A DNA stretch of 64,000 bases from the human T2T-CHM13v2.0 reference genome, Homo sapiens. Within the stretch, counting starts at the first letter, position 1, and every line of letters starts with the position of its first letter. A program made the position numbers and the translations under genes. Positions 26,690 to 40,683 of this stretch are shown piece by piece. The stretch is from assembly GCF_009914755.1 (NCBI RefSeq), contig NC_060927.1. One strand, written 5' to 3'. The notes beneath the pieces were generated by a model. The model saw only the letters and a program-made list of their open reading frames with translations. It had not been told where the DNA came from and did no database searches.

Positions 26690-27400
26690 CAAAGAGGACA
26701 ATGAACGGAATACCAATTGTACTGTACATAAAAGTCTGTCATGCATTAGGAAGTTGACTAAACCATGCTGTTATGGGGTCCTGGGAGAGAACATTGATAG
26801 TAGAAATATGGGTGTCCAATGCATGTATAGCTTGGGTTGTAATGAGAATAATCTGGTATATATATATAACATTCAGTCTTATCAGTGCACAAGTGCTTCC
26901 TTGGGCTGCAGTCAGGATGCCTAAGGCCACACATTTCTACAGGGCCACTTGTCTAATCTGTGAGCTTTCTTTTGTGAGAAGGGTGATGGCATGATGGGTG
27001 TTATTAAAGGCAGTGGTCATATGTTTAGCCAGGGCCTCTATTTGTAATGATATATATTTGGCTGCCGCCTGGGAGGAAAAGATGGCTAGTGGGTAGAACA
27101 ACTGGGAATGATCATTTTTTATGGCAGTGTCTAGCTATGCTTTCCCAATTGGCAGGGAGAGTCTAGATGGGACAGGATACATCCTGGTGGGTAAGGGTGC
27201 CTGCAGGTGCATCTGCCAGTCCAGTTATAAGATAAGTAAGGCCAACCATGAGGGCTTCAGGCCCACAGCCAAACCCAGGAGGAAGGATAGGCTCTGTTAC
27301 AAAGACTACTCTGATTTTGCCATCCTAGCCACATATTATCAGTCAGTTGAAGAGTTTTGTCACATTGTTGAAGAGATAACCATCTCATATCATGGAGTAT
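26690..27400 (-). pseudogene. Retroviral env remnant (SU end and TM: cleavage site, heptad repeat, immunosuppressive domain, CX6CC loop)
   Basis: Manual minus-strand translation: RHCHKK*SFP / FYPLAIFSSQAAAKYISLQIEALAKHMTTAFNNTHHAITLLTKESSQIRQVAL*KCVALGILTAAQGSTCALI / KTECYIYIPDYSH, matching [31 protein letters not shown] with stops and frameshifts. Confidence 0.9.
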
Positions 27401-27989
27401 GCTGCTGTTGTGTTTTTTGATGCATAGAGCATGCATCAAAAAAATGCTTTACCTGGATTTGCACCACTGTCAACCATCCTATGCCATCATGAGGTCCTGT
27501 CCACTCTTTGGCTAGCTATTGGTCTGGCCCTTGGTTTTCTCAGGATTTTAGCAGCATCTTATTTCCTGGAGAGAAAAGATGAAGGGGCTCACCCATGGGA
27601 TATGAGAACCTGGAAAGAGCAAATTTTTTGGAGATTTCCTGAAAGAACAGTTCTTCCTTTTCTTCCTTGGGGGTGGGTGAGCAGAATTTGCAGCCACAGT
27701 GCCTGATCCAGTGAGACCTGCAAGCACAATTGTTGCTTCTCTGGAGAAGTCACTTGAGCATTTACCATACAAAGCACATTTAATCCCAAAGACATTCCAG
27801 CATAGAGAGAAAACTCTTAATTCCCAGTCCCCCAGACAACATTCCAAAGGTTGTAAAACAAAAAACAACCTTTTGCCTCTAATCTTCCTGTAGCCCCAGT
27901 CATGGCTACAATCATTTTAATACTTTGCTTTGGGGGATGTTAAGGACTGAATAAGTAGCCCCAGTATCAACTAAGAAATAAATTATTTT

Positions 27990-28447
27990 GCTCCCCATCA
28001 TCAACTGTACCTGAGGCTCATGTAGTGATATGATGATAGGTTGACTAAACATGCATATTTAAGAGGTTATAGGAGAAGCTATGAATATATATGAAGGTGG
28101 TCCTGACCCATGCATATTGAATAAATATGCATGCAATATACGACTCCACTTTAGGTTGGAGACTTAACACTTGCCTGGCATGGTCTTAGGTCTTTTTTAT
28201 AATTTGGTATCTTATTGCCATAAAGAGTCTATTTTGCCAGTCTTATTCTCTCTGTTTTAATGTTAATGCTAGCAAGTTGTGCCTAAATTCCAAAGTGCTT
28301 GTGTGTGTGGGTGGGAAGGTATAGTGAGGTGTGTCTGACTCCTGCTTTCTATGGCCTGCACTAGTTTTTTGGGTATATTTGAGATCTCCTTTGGCCAAGA
28401 GGGGAGTCCATTCATCCTGTTGGAGGGCTTAGGATTTTTTGTTTCTA
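27990..28447 (-). mobile_element. Second-family ERV1 LTR fragment (MER4/MER34/MER39/LTR48-49-like) inside the provirus
   Basis: Minus strand aaaaatcctaagccctccaacaggatgaatggactcccctcttggccaaagg..aaaaactagtgcaggccat..ttaggcacaacttgctagcattaacattaaaacagaga..ggcaataagatacc..caggaccaccttcatatatattcatagc; unrelated to the outer LTRs; preceded by purine tract AAAAAAGGAGGAA. Confidence 0.75.
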
Positions 28448-29924
28448 TTCCTCCTTTTTTGTCAAGGTATGCCAGAGGCAGCTTGGATAACCCAACTTTT
28501 ATTTTGTCTTATATTAATGCTGGGGTGGTGTGCTACCTGCCCCAGGTCTGCCATGTCTCCTGGTGGGATCCTTATGGCCAATGGACTTAGAGCCAAAAGA
28601 CTTACAGCCAATTAAACATTACAGGCCAGAGGAGAATGGAGGTGGGCAAGCACTCATTAACTTTAAAACCTCTCATAAGCAACATAAGAGCCAAAACCCA
28701 AAATCTAAAAGGCAAGGTTACAAAATTGACTTATATAAAAATTCTATGCATTGAGATACTGTAATCTTGGATTGTACCAACTAACTATCCAAAACAAAAT
28801 AATTTTGTTCAACTGTTTGAGCATCTGTGCGCTCATCCTTTATTTGGAGGGTCTGAACTAATTTTTTCCCCCAAAACTTGTTCTTAAAATCTCATGTGAT
28901 AGTCTCTGGGCCTAGTTTCAAACTCTGGAGGTAAAACAAAACATAAATAATTAGCAATGTTCAAAATTAAAAAGTCATAAGCCCTGCCTACTTCTGAGAA
29001 TGACAGGAAAGGAAACTCATGGGTAACTAAATGTTTAAATTATTTAGTATCAAGACATACAATAAATTATATTATTCCACACAGAGACAAAATAATTTAA
29101 TGAATCTTAATGTTTTTGAATACATGTCTCATGAAAGCAGTTTACTTTGATTGTTGCCTTTGCCTAGGTCTAAAGATGAGGCTCTGGTTAACTTGACTTT
29201 GGTGTCTGATACTGGCAGGAGTCAGTGCCTTCTTTGGATGAGATATGTGCACCCAGAAGTCAAAGCCCTATAACTTAACAGCATAAGGATTAGTTAATAG
29301 CACCTGATAAGGAGTTTTTCAAGGTGTTGAGGGTGGTAATATTGGAGAACATGACCTGATTGGAAGCTCTAAAAAGACTTTTCAACATTGTGGTGATTAA
29401 TTTTTAGCTTTGATAAACCCCAGCAAGAAGAAAGAGACTTAACTTAGGATTTGATTTTGAGGACATTTGCCAAAGATGTTAAAAGGCTGAAAACATTTGA
29501 TCAAAACAGAATAATAATCATTGTAAAATAATAGTTATTCATGTAATCAACGTGATAATTAAAAGACTTTAAAGGCAATACAGAAGATTAAATGGATGTA
29601 AAAGCATTAACCCTTTTAAATTTCAGTTTTTTAAGCAATCAAAAACCTAATAAAGACAGCATAGGAATTATCTCAATAAAAGGTAAAATCACGTTTCTTA
29701 AGCCAGTTACCAAAAATGCAAAGAAAAACCTTCTGCAGTGTGACTGCTTCTACTTATGGGAGGCCCATTTAGTGCCCTGGAAGTCATACTTGATGAAAAG
29801 GGTGCTTGAATTAAATTAGACACAAGAAGAGTGTGTTCAAAGTTATGAATATAGCAGGGGAATATATGACTCTTAGTAACTGCATGAGAAATTTCCTGAT
29901 TACATGGAAAATTTAGACATATCA

Positions 29925-30275
<351 letters not shown>

Positions 30276-33180
30276 TTACAGAATCAAGTTTTACTGGGGA
30301 AAATATTGTTTTTATAGACCTCTAGGATAAAACATTTCTGCATCAGGCCACAACAGAACTGTAGGGGAAAAATTATAGGAGCTGATGGAAAAAGTTGAAG
30401 GAGAGTTATCATCTCAGGCCTTTTCAAAGGGAGAAAAAGATGAAAGCAGCAAGACACAACAAAAGTTGAACTTCTGAGATATGAATCTGAGAAGTTTTTA
30501 AAAGAAACAGATTATAGAATTAAAATGCAAAATATATTGTAATTTCATTAAGAGCAAATCAATACCTTTAGAAAACTTTGTTTTAACATAGGGAATCATT
30601 CTTTAGAAAAACTATTATAAATAATTCCCTTTAATTATAGCTAATTTAATTACATATGAAATTCCTTTTATAAATTCCCCTTCATGAACCTTATCATGAC
30701 TTACAATGACCATTTATGACATGTTTGGATTTTCTGACGTGTCCTATACTTCTCTCTTTCCTAAACAATAAGTCATTTTTCTTTAGGGCAAAAATTTACC
30801 CTAAGGAAAATAAGTTTCTTTTTTATACAAAATCATTTTCTTTCCATTATAACTTTTCTTACCAAAAATACATCTTCATATCCACAACTTTCTTCACATC
30901 TCTCTCCTACTTACCATTTTTTCTACCTTCTTTTATAAATAACTTTTAAATAACCTCCAAATTACATAAAATTATCTTTTCAATAAGAACACAGCTTGTG
31001 GAATGATATATTAATTAGAATTTTCGTTCTTTGTAACCTTGCATTTTAGTGAAAACCTAGGAAGCAAGAAATCCTGAACTGTTTGTCAGATGTTAGCATT
31101 TTACAGAATAAACAAACCATTCCATAATTTTTGGAACATGTTTTCCCATACTATAATTTTTTTTATTGGAAATGACCCAAACCTTCAATGAGCAGCTATT
31201 ATTTAATTCAAGTATACAAAAGTCTACTTGCAAGCATTTATCTCATTTACAAATACTCAAATTTTGCATTTTTAACAGTTTAGGTTACTTCTGAAAACTG
31301 AGATATTAGACAAAACTAGTCATTATTTCAAGTTATTTTATTGTTAGCCATTTAAAAAGTCTGAATAACAGGTGAACACTTAAGAACCTTAAACACATTT
31401 TGCTGATAACTCAAAAGATTCACTGTTTGCCTTGAACCAAGAATCTTAATTAGTCTTATTTGTCAAAAAAAAATCGCAAAAACAAAGATCATTCTGTTTC
31501 TGGATGGCTTTATAGTCCTATAACCTTTATGTCAAACCATGATACCTTAATATATAGACAGAGACAAATATAAAACCATTTGGTCAATAAACTCACATGA
31601 AAATTTATGCTGACAATTCTGAAGACATTTCTATTTTTATCAGTGATTTTAAAACCAGGTGTATTTACTAAAGATTCACATGAACTTGAAAAGCATTTGG
31701 AGTTAATTTATGAGTAGTCATTTACTTATAAACCAATTTGGTAGAATGCTAGATACAACATATAACATAATACATGTACCTATATACAAATATATCCAAA
31801 CACCTATACATATATGCACAAACAAGAATCCAATAGCTGTTACCTGGGAACTCTAGCCATAAGATAACAATACATACTTACCACCTGATAAAAGATAGCT
31901 GGGTCCAAATTATCTTTCTGATGAAACTCGAACTTGGTCATATGGCTAAACCTCATTTGCCCTGATCTAAGAAACTGTGAACCAAAATTTGGATAAAGCA
32001 GTCTCTACAGCAATTTTGTTCTAAAAACCTTGTTTACCTTTTTATTCATTCAGTTTCAAATGATTTTGTAATGTTTCCATTTTAGCCATAGTGGATAAAC
32101 TTTATAAGAAAAACAAAATCTCCAAGTAACCTTCAAATAGTAAGCTTCATTTCAGTAGCAGTAGCTTCGTAACAGCACATTGAAAGCAGCCAGCACATTC
32201 AAAGCAGGCAGAGAGAAGTAGACAGAGAGCTTTAGAAGACTCTGCTTACCTTTATAGTTCCATGTTAACCATTTGAGCTCTGGATTTTCTTTACTGTCAT
32301 TTGCCTATCAGTGTAAAATGTGCACAGAAACTGGCCATAATATGTAACCAGCTCAAGTCCCAGATAGTCTAGAAAAGAGTTCACATGCTTTCTCCCCCTA
32401 CAAAGCTTGACACAGATACAGGAAGTACACTAGAGTCCCAAAGACGATGACAAAATCCAGGGCTGGGATGTTGGAAACTGTTTCTCCCCTAGGGAGGAGA
32501 GCAGCAACCCATCTTGCTACTTTCTGACTTAGTCTTGGCTGGTGGGATGGAGACCATGCCAAAGCACCCTCAAAGAGAGGGGTAACAATAAACAGAGACA
32601 CAAACACAGATGCAGATGCAGACAGGGGACTCCAAACTGCTCCCTGAAGAAGGGAGGCTGGGGAAAAGTCCTGAGATCTTGTCTCAAACCCAGATGGCAC
32701 CACAGATGACCTGTGTTGGGTCCAGACTTCACAGAGGTCCAAAAGGCACCACAGACTAACCTGTGTTAGGTCTAGATGGCACAGAGGCCAAGATGGCAGC
32801 ACAGACGACCAATACTGCTGTAGATAGCTGGAGAGCCCAGAGGCCAGAGACAGAGGATTTCCAGGTGCACTCTAGTTGACTTACCCAGTCCTTGAAGTCT
32901 GTCGACTTCCCAGATGCTGCTTCCCTTGAGACAGAGGGACAGCAGCTGATGCCAAGAAGAGGAGGGAAGGGAAGATCCTTGAGATAAAGGTGGTTTCAGC
33001 AGCTGCTGGGAATTCCCTAAAGTCCCAGTGGCAGGGTCAGCTGGCCACGAGCAGCTGGCATTTGCAAGTAACCCCTGCCCTTTCTGGTAATATAAGTGGG
33101 TGAGCCCTGGCACTGCCACAGCCAATTGCTCCACTAGTTGGAAGCCAGATGTACAGGCTGAGCCGCTCAAAACACACAGC

Positions 33181-33198
33181 TCCTTACATGAGGCACTG
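33181..33198 (-). promoter_or_regulatory. Degenerate primer binding site, closest to elongator tRNA-Met
   Basis: Minus strand CAGTGCCTCATGTAAGGA, 4 nt after the 5' LTR, versus recalled TGGTGCCCCGTGTGAGGA: 13/18, all five mismatches transitions. Confidence 0.55.
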
Positions 33199-33202
33199 AG
33201 TT

Positions 33203-33725
33203 TATAAATGGCTCATGTCCAGCTGTTCACCACCCAGAAGTCAAAGCATGAGAAGTGTGGTGGAAGGAAAGCAGCTTTTACTGGTCAAATGCTAGCAGAT
33301 GGAAGAATGGCTGGGCTCAAGCCTCAAAAGAACCATCTCTGCCTTCTGGTCAGAGTGAGGGGTTTAAGAAGGAAAAGGTGTGGAGATATGTAGGAGGGTG
33401 CAGGGCTGCATGTCTGTTCCTATGGTTATCTTGAGTAATTGCCTATTTGGGGGTCCAGTTTGCATCATCCTGGTGACCTCAGCACCATAGTGGTGGGCTC
33501 ACTCTTCCTAACCCTACTAAGCAGGAAGATTCTGCACCTGGTCCACTCTGCCTGGTTTGTTTCCAAATTGGCCCCTGGAATTTCTAAGCAAGCACATAAT
33601 TAGATAAGTGAACATTGTTCATGAAAGTGCCTGGTGGAAAGGGAGGCGTTTCAAAGTGTTTCAAGGCCAAAAGCAAGAAAGGGGAAAAATTTTAAATACT
33701 TTTGAGGCTGGGATGCTCAGTTACA
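33203..33725 (-). mobile_element. 5' LTR of the 25887-33725 provirus
   Basis: Colinear with 25887-26432 (for example cagaagtcaaagcatgagaagtg, cccctggaatttctaagcaagcacataattag); ends ctcagttaca. Confidence 0.92.
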
Positions 33726-35671
33726 CTCCTGCCCTCTCCCCAAAGGACATCATTCTATTATGTACAAAGGAATGTCTTTTTGTGCATTCTGCGGGCATGT
33801 GTTTTTAGTTTATGTAAACTTTAAAACCATTTTGCTCAGATCTCAAAACAAACAATTGAGTTTCTAAGTGGAATTGTATTAAATGCATTTGTGAGTTTGG
33901 GGAGGATTAAGTGTATGATATCAGGCCTTCCCAGCCTGTGTCTTGTGTCTCTCTAGTCTTTCGCCAGGCAGGTGAATTCTCAATGGAAATCTCACAAGTT
34001 CCCCATGACCTGGTCTCACGAGTCTGAGCAACAGCCTTTGCAGCGGGACCGGGTGCCCCTCCATCTTCCATACATTTGGTCCATCTTGCCGGTGCCCTTG
34101 TCTCCCGACTTGTCCAGGCCAGCCCCAACTCCCGATGATTAAATTCTCTCTCATCTAGCCTTTTCACTGTCCTATCATCCCTGCCCTGGCCCACTCTCCT
34201 CAGCCCTGGAGATGTTGTAGAACTGGAAAATTGGTCACTCCTTGGGCTTAAATACCGTCAATGGCTTCCCAGGGCTCTCAGGGCCCAAGTCCTGCTCCTT
34301 TCCCCAGCCCATCCCTTCTCAACCCTGCTGGTGCCCACCAGACCTGCCCAGCACAGTCCAGCCTCAGGTTCAAGGGCTCAGCCTCCTTTTTTCCTCAGGG
34401 TCTCTGCACAGGCTGTTCCCTGCCCTTCCCTGACCCACTTCCATAACCCAGCTCCCACCCCAGGATCCTATCCCACCCCACCTCTTTGGTGAACTCAGCC
34501 CTCCCCACTCCATCTGCACCAGTCACCTGGAAGCAGGAGGCACAAGCCGGGCCCCCTCAGCAGCCCTCGCACAGATCTGCTTTGTTCTCTGAGCACAGAA
34601 GAGAGAACACGTTATTACCCAGCTGGAACACACACACCACTGCGTGAGCTCCAGAGCAGCTCCTGGTATGTGGGGGCAGGGGCTGGAGACACTGCTGAAA
34701 AGGGGTGAGGACAGGCTGGATCCCAGACACCAGGACCTGCCCCCACGTGGACCTTCCTGGGTTAGGGCTCTTACAGCCCCCTTGGCATCTCCAAGGGGGG
34801 AATTCTCAAAGGAACATCGACCCCCTGCTTCTCCTATTCTTTCTGCTTCTTCAGTCACTCAGTCACAGCTGCCCTCCGCTCACTTCCTTCCCTGCAGGCT
34901 CTGTGTCCAGGACAATGACAGCCATCCTTTTCCCTCAGCTCCTCTGCACGGTAGACATACAGCCCAGCTGCAGATTCAAGGCAAGCTGGGCTCCTGGGAA
35001 TCCAAAGCCTCACTGACCCAGCTCAGAGGATGGCAAAGCTCGTCTGACAATAATCATACCGTGACATTGTAGGGAATGACAGTGCTAGCAATGATGATCT
35101 TAATTATTATTAATAATATTATCATAATCATTATTAATATTAGTAATAATAGTTTGCTTCTTGTGCCATGCCCTGGTTTTTGTTTTTGTCTTTTCTTAAA
35201 AAAAAAATCTTTATTCAAGGTTTTAATTATAAAAGCAGTGCACGCTTATGGACGAAGTAGACAGAAGTATATGAAGTGAAATGGAAACATGTCCCTTCCT
35301 GTGGCCTGTACCCAGAAGAGCCCACGCTTCCCCAGCAGGTGGGGCTCTGTCATCCAGGCTTCAGATGAGCTGCATGGAGATGAGGTTACACTCCAAAGGC
35401 CCCCACTAGAAGTGGGTGCAGCCGCAGTTTGCAGCGGGTTGGCTGAGTCTCACCAGCACCACAGGCCCAGCTGGAAGGTTTGCTTGTTGCCCTGCCCCTC
35501 AGGCATCTCCTGAGCATGCCAGGAACCTCCGTCATATCCAGGCGAGCCCAGGGTTCCCACACAGCCTTTCCCTCGGTACAGTTTACAATTAGCTACGAAC
35601 TGGGGAGGACACAACCATGGCTTAACTGAATCATGGCCTGGCCCAACTTCATGTTAGAAATGAAGACACTG

Positions 35672-36070
<399 letters not shown>

Positions 36071-39000
36071 CTACCTTGAGAGAGTCAGCTGCTGGGTCCC
36101 CATGGCTGGCTGGCTTCTGAGAGCCCCAGGACTGGGCTGAGTTCTCCTGGTGGGATGTGGGAGGAAACAAGGGACCTATGGCTGGAACAGTCCTTCTGCT
36201 GGGGCACAGGGCCTCAGGCCCACCTACTGGGGCCCCCTCCACATCAGCTTGGCTTCCCCTAGTGTGTCGACCTCCTTCCTTCTTCTTCGATTCCCGGTGA
36301 GAAGGGCTGGACTTCCCCCGGGGAAGGCTGTCCAATCACCTCCCCTGGATCCAGGATTCATAGCAGCTCTTCTGCCTAATCCAAATCCAGTCCTGCTCTT
36401 CCCACCCTCTCCCCACCACTAACTCTTTTCTGATGGGACTGAAAATTTCATTTGCCACCTCCTTCCTTACAACAGGGCATCCTCCCTGCCCTGTCTCCTG
36501 GGACTCTCTCCTCACAGGCACACCCTGGCAAGACAAGGGCCTCTGAGCCCCTCACCTGGGCATGGATCTGATGGGGCCAGGGGATGTGTGCACCTCAGAG
36601 GCACCGCTCTCTCCTTCCCCGTACAGCTCCACAAACCAGCTCGCACTACAAAGCCCCTGCCCCTGGAGTTAATTCAAAAGCCCCCGACCTCAGTAAATTT
36701 CCTTTTTCAGTTAATTCATCTTGGAAAAGGAAGCAGAATAGCAGGGCCAAGGGAAATAGACATCTTGAATTTGAGAGCAGTTTCCAAGTGGCTCTCCCTT
36801 CCAATTTAGTCCCGCTAGCCACCCATGGGCATGTGCTTTCCCCAGGGCCTGGAGCCCCACCTGCTGAACCCTGGAATCTGCCAATCTGACAAACAAAGAT
36901 AACATCACCCTCTAACTTTGATTTGAGTTTCTTCAATTATTCTTGAAGTTAACAGCTTTCCATGTGTCTATCGGCCTTTGTGAGTCTTCTCCTGGCTTGG
37001 CTCTACATAGTCTATGTTTTTATTTTGCTTTTCTGTTTCCAGTTTTTCTTTTGATGCTTTTTTTTTTTTTTTTGGCATGCAGATGTTTAAACTTTTTTTT
37101 TTTTTTGTCATCACATCAATTTTTCTTCAGTGGTTCTGCCTTTGGTGACATTGCAAAAAAGCCTTCCCATCATGCACAGTCCTTTTCTTTTTCAAGTTGT
37201 TTGTTTCTGAATAGTTTTGCAAAAAGATTCATCCCACTACGTTCCGAATCTGAAGCAGGTTCACATTTCCTAGGCGCTCAGATGTGCAAAGGGTAATTCT
37301 GTTCTCTGATTCCTGAACTGAGTCTGTGTGCTCAGCCCTGTTCTGGTGGGTGGGGCGGCTTGTTCCTGTCACATGGCAGTGGGTTTGGCCACCTCGGGGT
37401 TTCCACAGTCCACAGCCTATGGAAGATCCAGCCAGCATTCATTCTTCATGCTATCCTCTCCTTCTCCTTCCATCCTCCTGCAGAGCCCTGCCCCGCCTCC
37501 TCCCTGGCCACCCTGCCCTTAGGGGGTTTGCCCTTGTTAACAGCCCTGCCCTTTGCCTCAACTCGACCCATCCCTAAGCGTCTGTTTGCCAGATCACTCC
37601 CATGAGCCCCCGATTCCAACCCTTCTGATAACCAATGGGGGTTAGACCTGGGCCTGCCAGCCTTTCTGTGCCCTCTCCTTCCCTACGTGGATTCACCATC
37701 CACCACAATACCCCCTCCCTTTGCCCCAGCTCTGCTCCTTTCCCCTCTCCCCACTGCACACCTGTACGGTGTCCCCCCTCAACACCCCTACCTCCCCAAT
37801 CCCTCCCACCTGGGTTGAGGGTTGCTGAGCAGGGCAGTCCCCTCTGGTCCTTGCCCTTTCCTGGGTCCCAGGTCCAGTCCCTGTGCTGCCACCTACAAAA
37901 CATTGATGCAGTTCGTCCTGGTCTGTGAGTGAGCCTGTCTAAGCCTTGGTTTCCTCACCTGGCATTTGGGCAGAGTAACCCCAGCTCAGGGAAGCTGAGA
38001 CAACTCAAGTAAGCAGAAGCGCTCCCAGAACATGCCTACGTGGGAGGTGGAAGGTGCTAGAACTTCCCCAAGATTCTCCTGGCCCTTGACAGCTGGCTCC
38101 CCCGCTGAGCAGGCCTTTGTTCCTCCTGAGCAGGTCTCTGTTCCTCCTCGTTTTCTCACCTCTGTTCTCTCCACAGAAAGCTGGGTGTGTTCCCTGGAGT
38201 GGAGATGCCATTTGGAACCAGGTCACTTTGCAGAAGTCTGTTTGGGCAGGGCACAGGCCGGTGCACAGAACCGGCCCTCCTCAGGGCTCCAGACTTCCAC
38301 AAAGACTCAGGCCTCTGGTCCTGCCCCATCAGCCCCCAGCCTCCAGCTGTCAGGGCAGTAGGCTCTGAGTGGGTGGTGGGGGACCAGCTCCAGGGCCTTC
38401 TGTCTTAGGGGCTGTAATAAGGAATTGCTGTGGCTCCTCTCCTTGCCATGCGGGAGACATACCATGTGCGGCGTCCCTCCGACCCAGGCCTGGAATTCCC
38501 TTTAGGAGGCCAGCCTCTGGGTATTATTCAGCCTGGGACCTCCCTCCCCAGCCCACCCCCAGGCCCTGAGCTTGTCCAGTGTCAGATAACCCGCTCTAGC
38601 CCAGCACTCTCACATCTGCCCAATCCCTAATCCCGACCCCAAATCCAGGCCTGCTCCCTCACCCCCTGCAAAGTTTGTTGTTTGGGGTTGATGAAGCCCC
38701 CAGCCAAACTCCCACTAACACTCAAGAATGGAGGTTCTAATGAAGACCCAATCAATGTGAGTCCCCCCAGAGTTTTGAAAAAGATGTGTCCTGACGTACA
38801 AAGTCCTGGTTCACCGCCCCTAGTAGGAGAGAAGGACACACAGGGCTCAGAGAGTGAGCTCACCCCCTTAACCCCATGCCTTCCACATGCTGTCCCCTCA
38901 CCCTGGAATGCCTTTCTTGTTTCTACTACATCCAGCCTAATCCAGCCATCTAGAATCTGCTTAGAAATTCCCTCTAGGAAACCTGCCTGCATCTCTCCTT

Positions 39001-40272
39001 GTCTTGCTTACTGAGAGGCCTGTCCTGTCCCCCGAGGGCCTCTTGTCCACCTCTCATGTGGACATGGAACATCAGTATTTCATTCTATATAAGTCACCCA
39101 TCTCTTCAGTCATCCTGGGATTAAATGAGAGACTCAAATAAATAAGAGGATGCTTGCATTGTTTATGAGCTTACCCATGACCTTATGTGAAACTGGCTTG
39201 GTAGATGTTCACCACATTCAGAGGGCACATTTGTGATAGTGTGAGTTAAAATATAGGCCATGAGTCTCCTAGAAGACCCATTCAACAGGGCCCCCGGTAC
39301 ACACCCCCAGTGCTACTGAACCTCAAGCTTAGTGACTGCTGTCAGAACAGTGCTGGCTGTATTGGCAGGGAGTGGAGAGCTGACCACAGATGTTGGTTTG
39401 AAGTCAAAACTGCAGGACATGCAGACTCATCTCAGCGGTGACAGAGCCAGCAACTCCAGGATGGAGGCTTTTAGTGAGCTCAGATTCCAGTCAATAAGTG
39501 TTAGCTGTTATTCCTGCTTTGGGGGTTTTCAGGGTCCTGTAGGGACAAGGGAGAAATGTATGGCTCTTTGGGTCTGTCAAGACTCAATACTCTATTCCTC
39601 TTCTCTGTTCTTATTTGCTCCAATGGCAAATTTTCCTGAGCACCTACTATGTGCAGGTTCTGAGCTGGTCTTGGGGTCCAGAAAGCCTGTGCATTGTCAG
39701 TGAGGAAGGCACAGAAGGGGCCCCTCTTGAGGGGCTGACCCTTGGGACCCAGTATCATCAGGGGTCCACTGGGGATGGGAAACAGGAGGTGAGGGGAAGG
39801 CCCAGACGCAGCGGCCATGTGAGGCCAGCAGCCCTGCTCCAGCTCCTGGTCTGTCGGTGATCTCTGGGAAACATCTTCTCTGAAAAACATCCCACGTTCT
39901 GCTGGTAAACACTGAACTCAGACCCTCCCTCACTGCCTGCGGCTCCTCCTGTCTCCCCAGACTTGGCTGAAGCCGTGTCTCCCATTGGTCATGCACGTGG
40001 AGAGACCGGGGAGAGTCAGCCTCTGTCCTTCAGCCTCACCTCTCCCATCCAGCCCCGCAGCAAGTCTCCTTGGACAGCTCTCAAAACATATCTCCTTTCT
40101 GTTTCATTTCCCTGTGTGGGGTGCATACATGGAGGAGTGACGAGGACCTAGTGACCACTGGGCTTTGAAGAGGTCATCATGCACACCATCGTCTCTCGTC
40201 TCCGGAACAAATATAGGAGGCACTGGTCTTTAAAGTGGGGAGGTAAAACAGTTATTATTTGTCAATGAATCA

Positions 40273-40683
40273 TGGCAGAGACAGCTAATTGTCTGCTGAT
40301 ATCCCTTCCCTCCTTCTTCCGTAGTGATCAAATCTTGTGTTTAGCATGGCCACCTGGAGGAAAATAACATTTCCCCACTCACAGCTATGTGTGGCCGTGT
40401 GGCAGCTTCCCAGAAACCTCCTTAAAGTCATGCTCCACCCTTTTCCTCCTCTTTCTTCTCCTCGGTGCTGCAGCCCAGAGCTTACTTGACGGCTGCAGCT
40501 GCCCACCTTGCACTATGCAGGCAAGGGCCACATCCTGGAGGGGAGGACAATGAGCTTGAAGGAACATGGGGATATCATGGAGAGCCCGCTGTGCTGACCT
40601 TGGGCCACTCCTTTGGGCTTTTGTGTAAGTCATTCACATTTTGGGTCTGTCTAGTTGCTGCCTAATCTAATTCTTATACAGAT
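40273..40683 (+). mobile_element. MLT1J/I-like MaLR LTR
   Basis: tggcagagacagctaattgtctgc..tccttcttcc..catttcccc..cagctatgtgtggccgtgtg..caccttgcactatg..ttttgggtctgtc. Confidence 0.65.

Noticed and set aside
36560-36960. Enhancer-like unique sequence (also 44380-44780)
   Set aside because: Impression only; no distinctive motif cluster and conservation cannot be assessed from one sequence.
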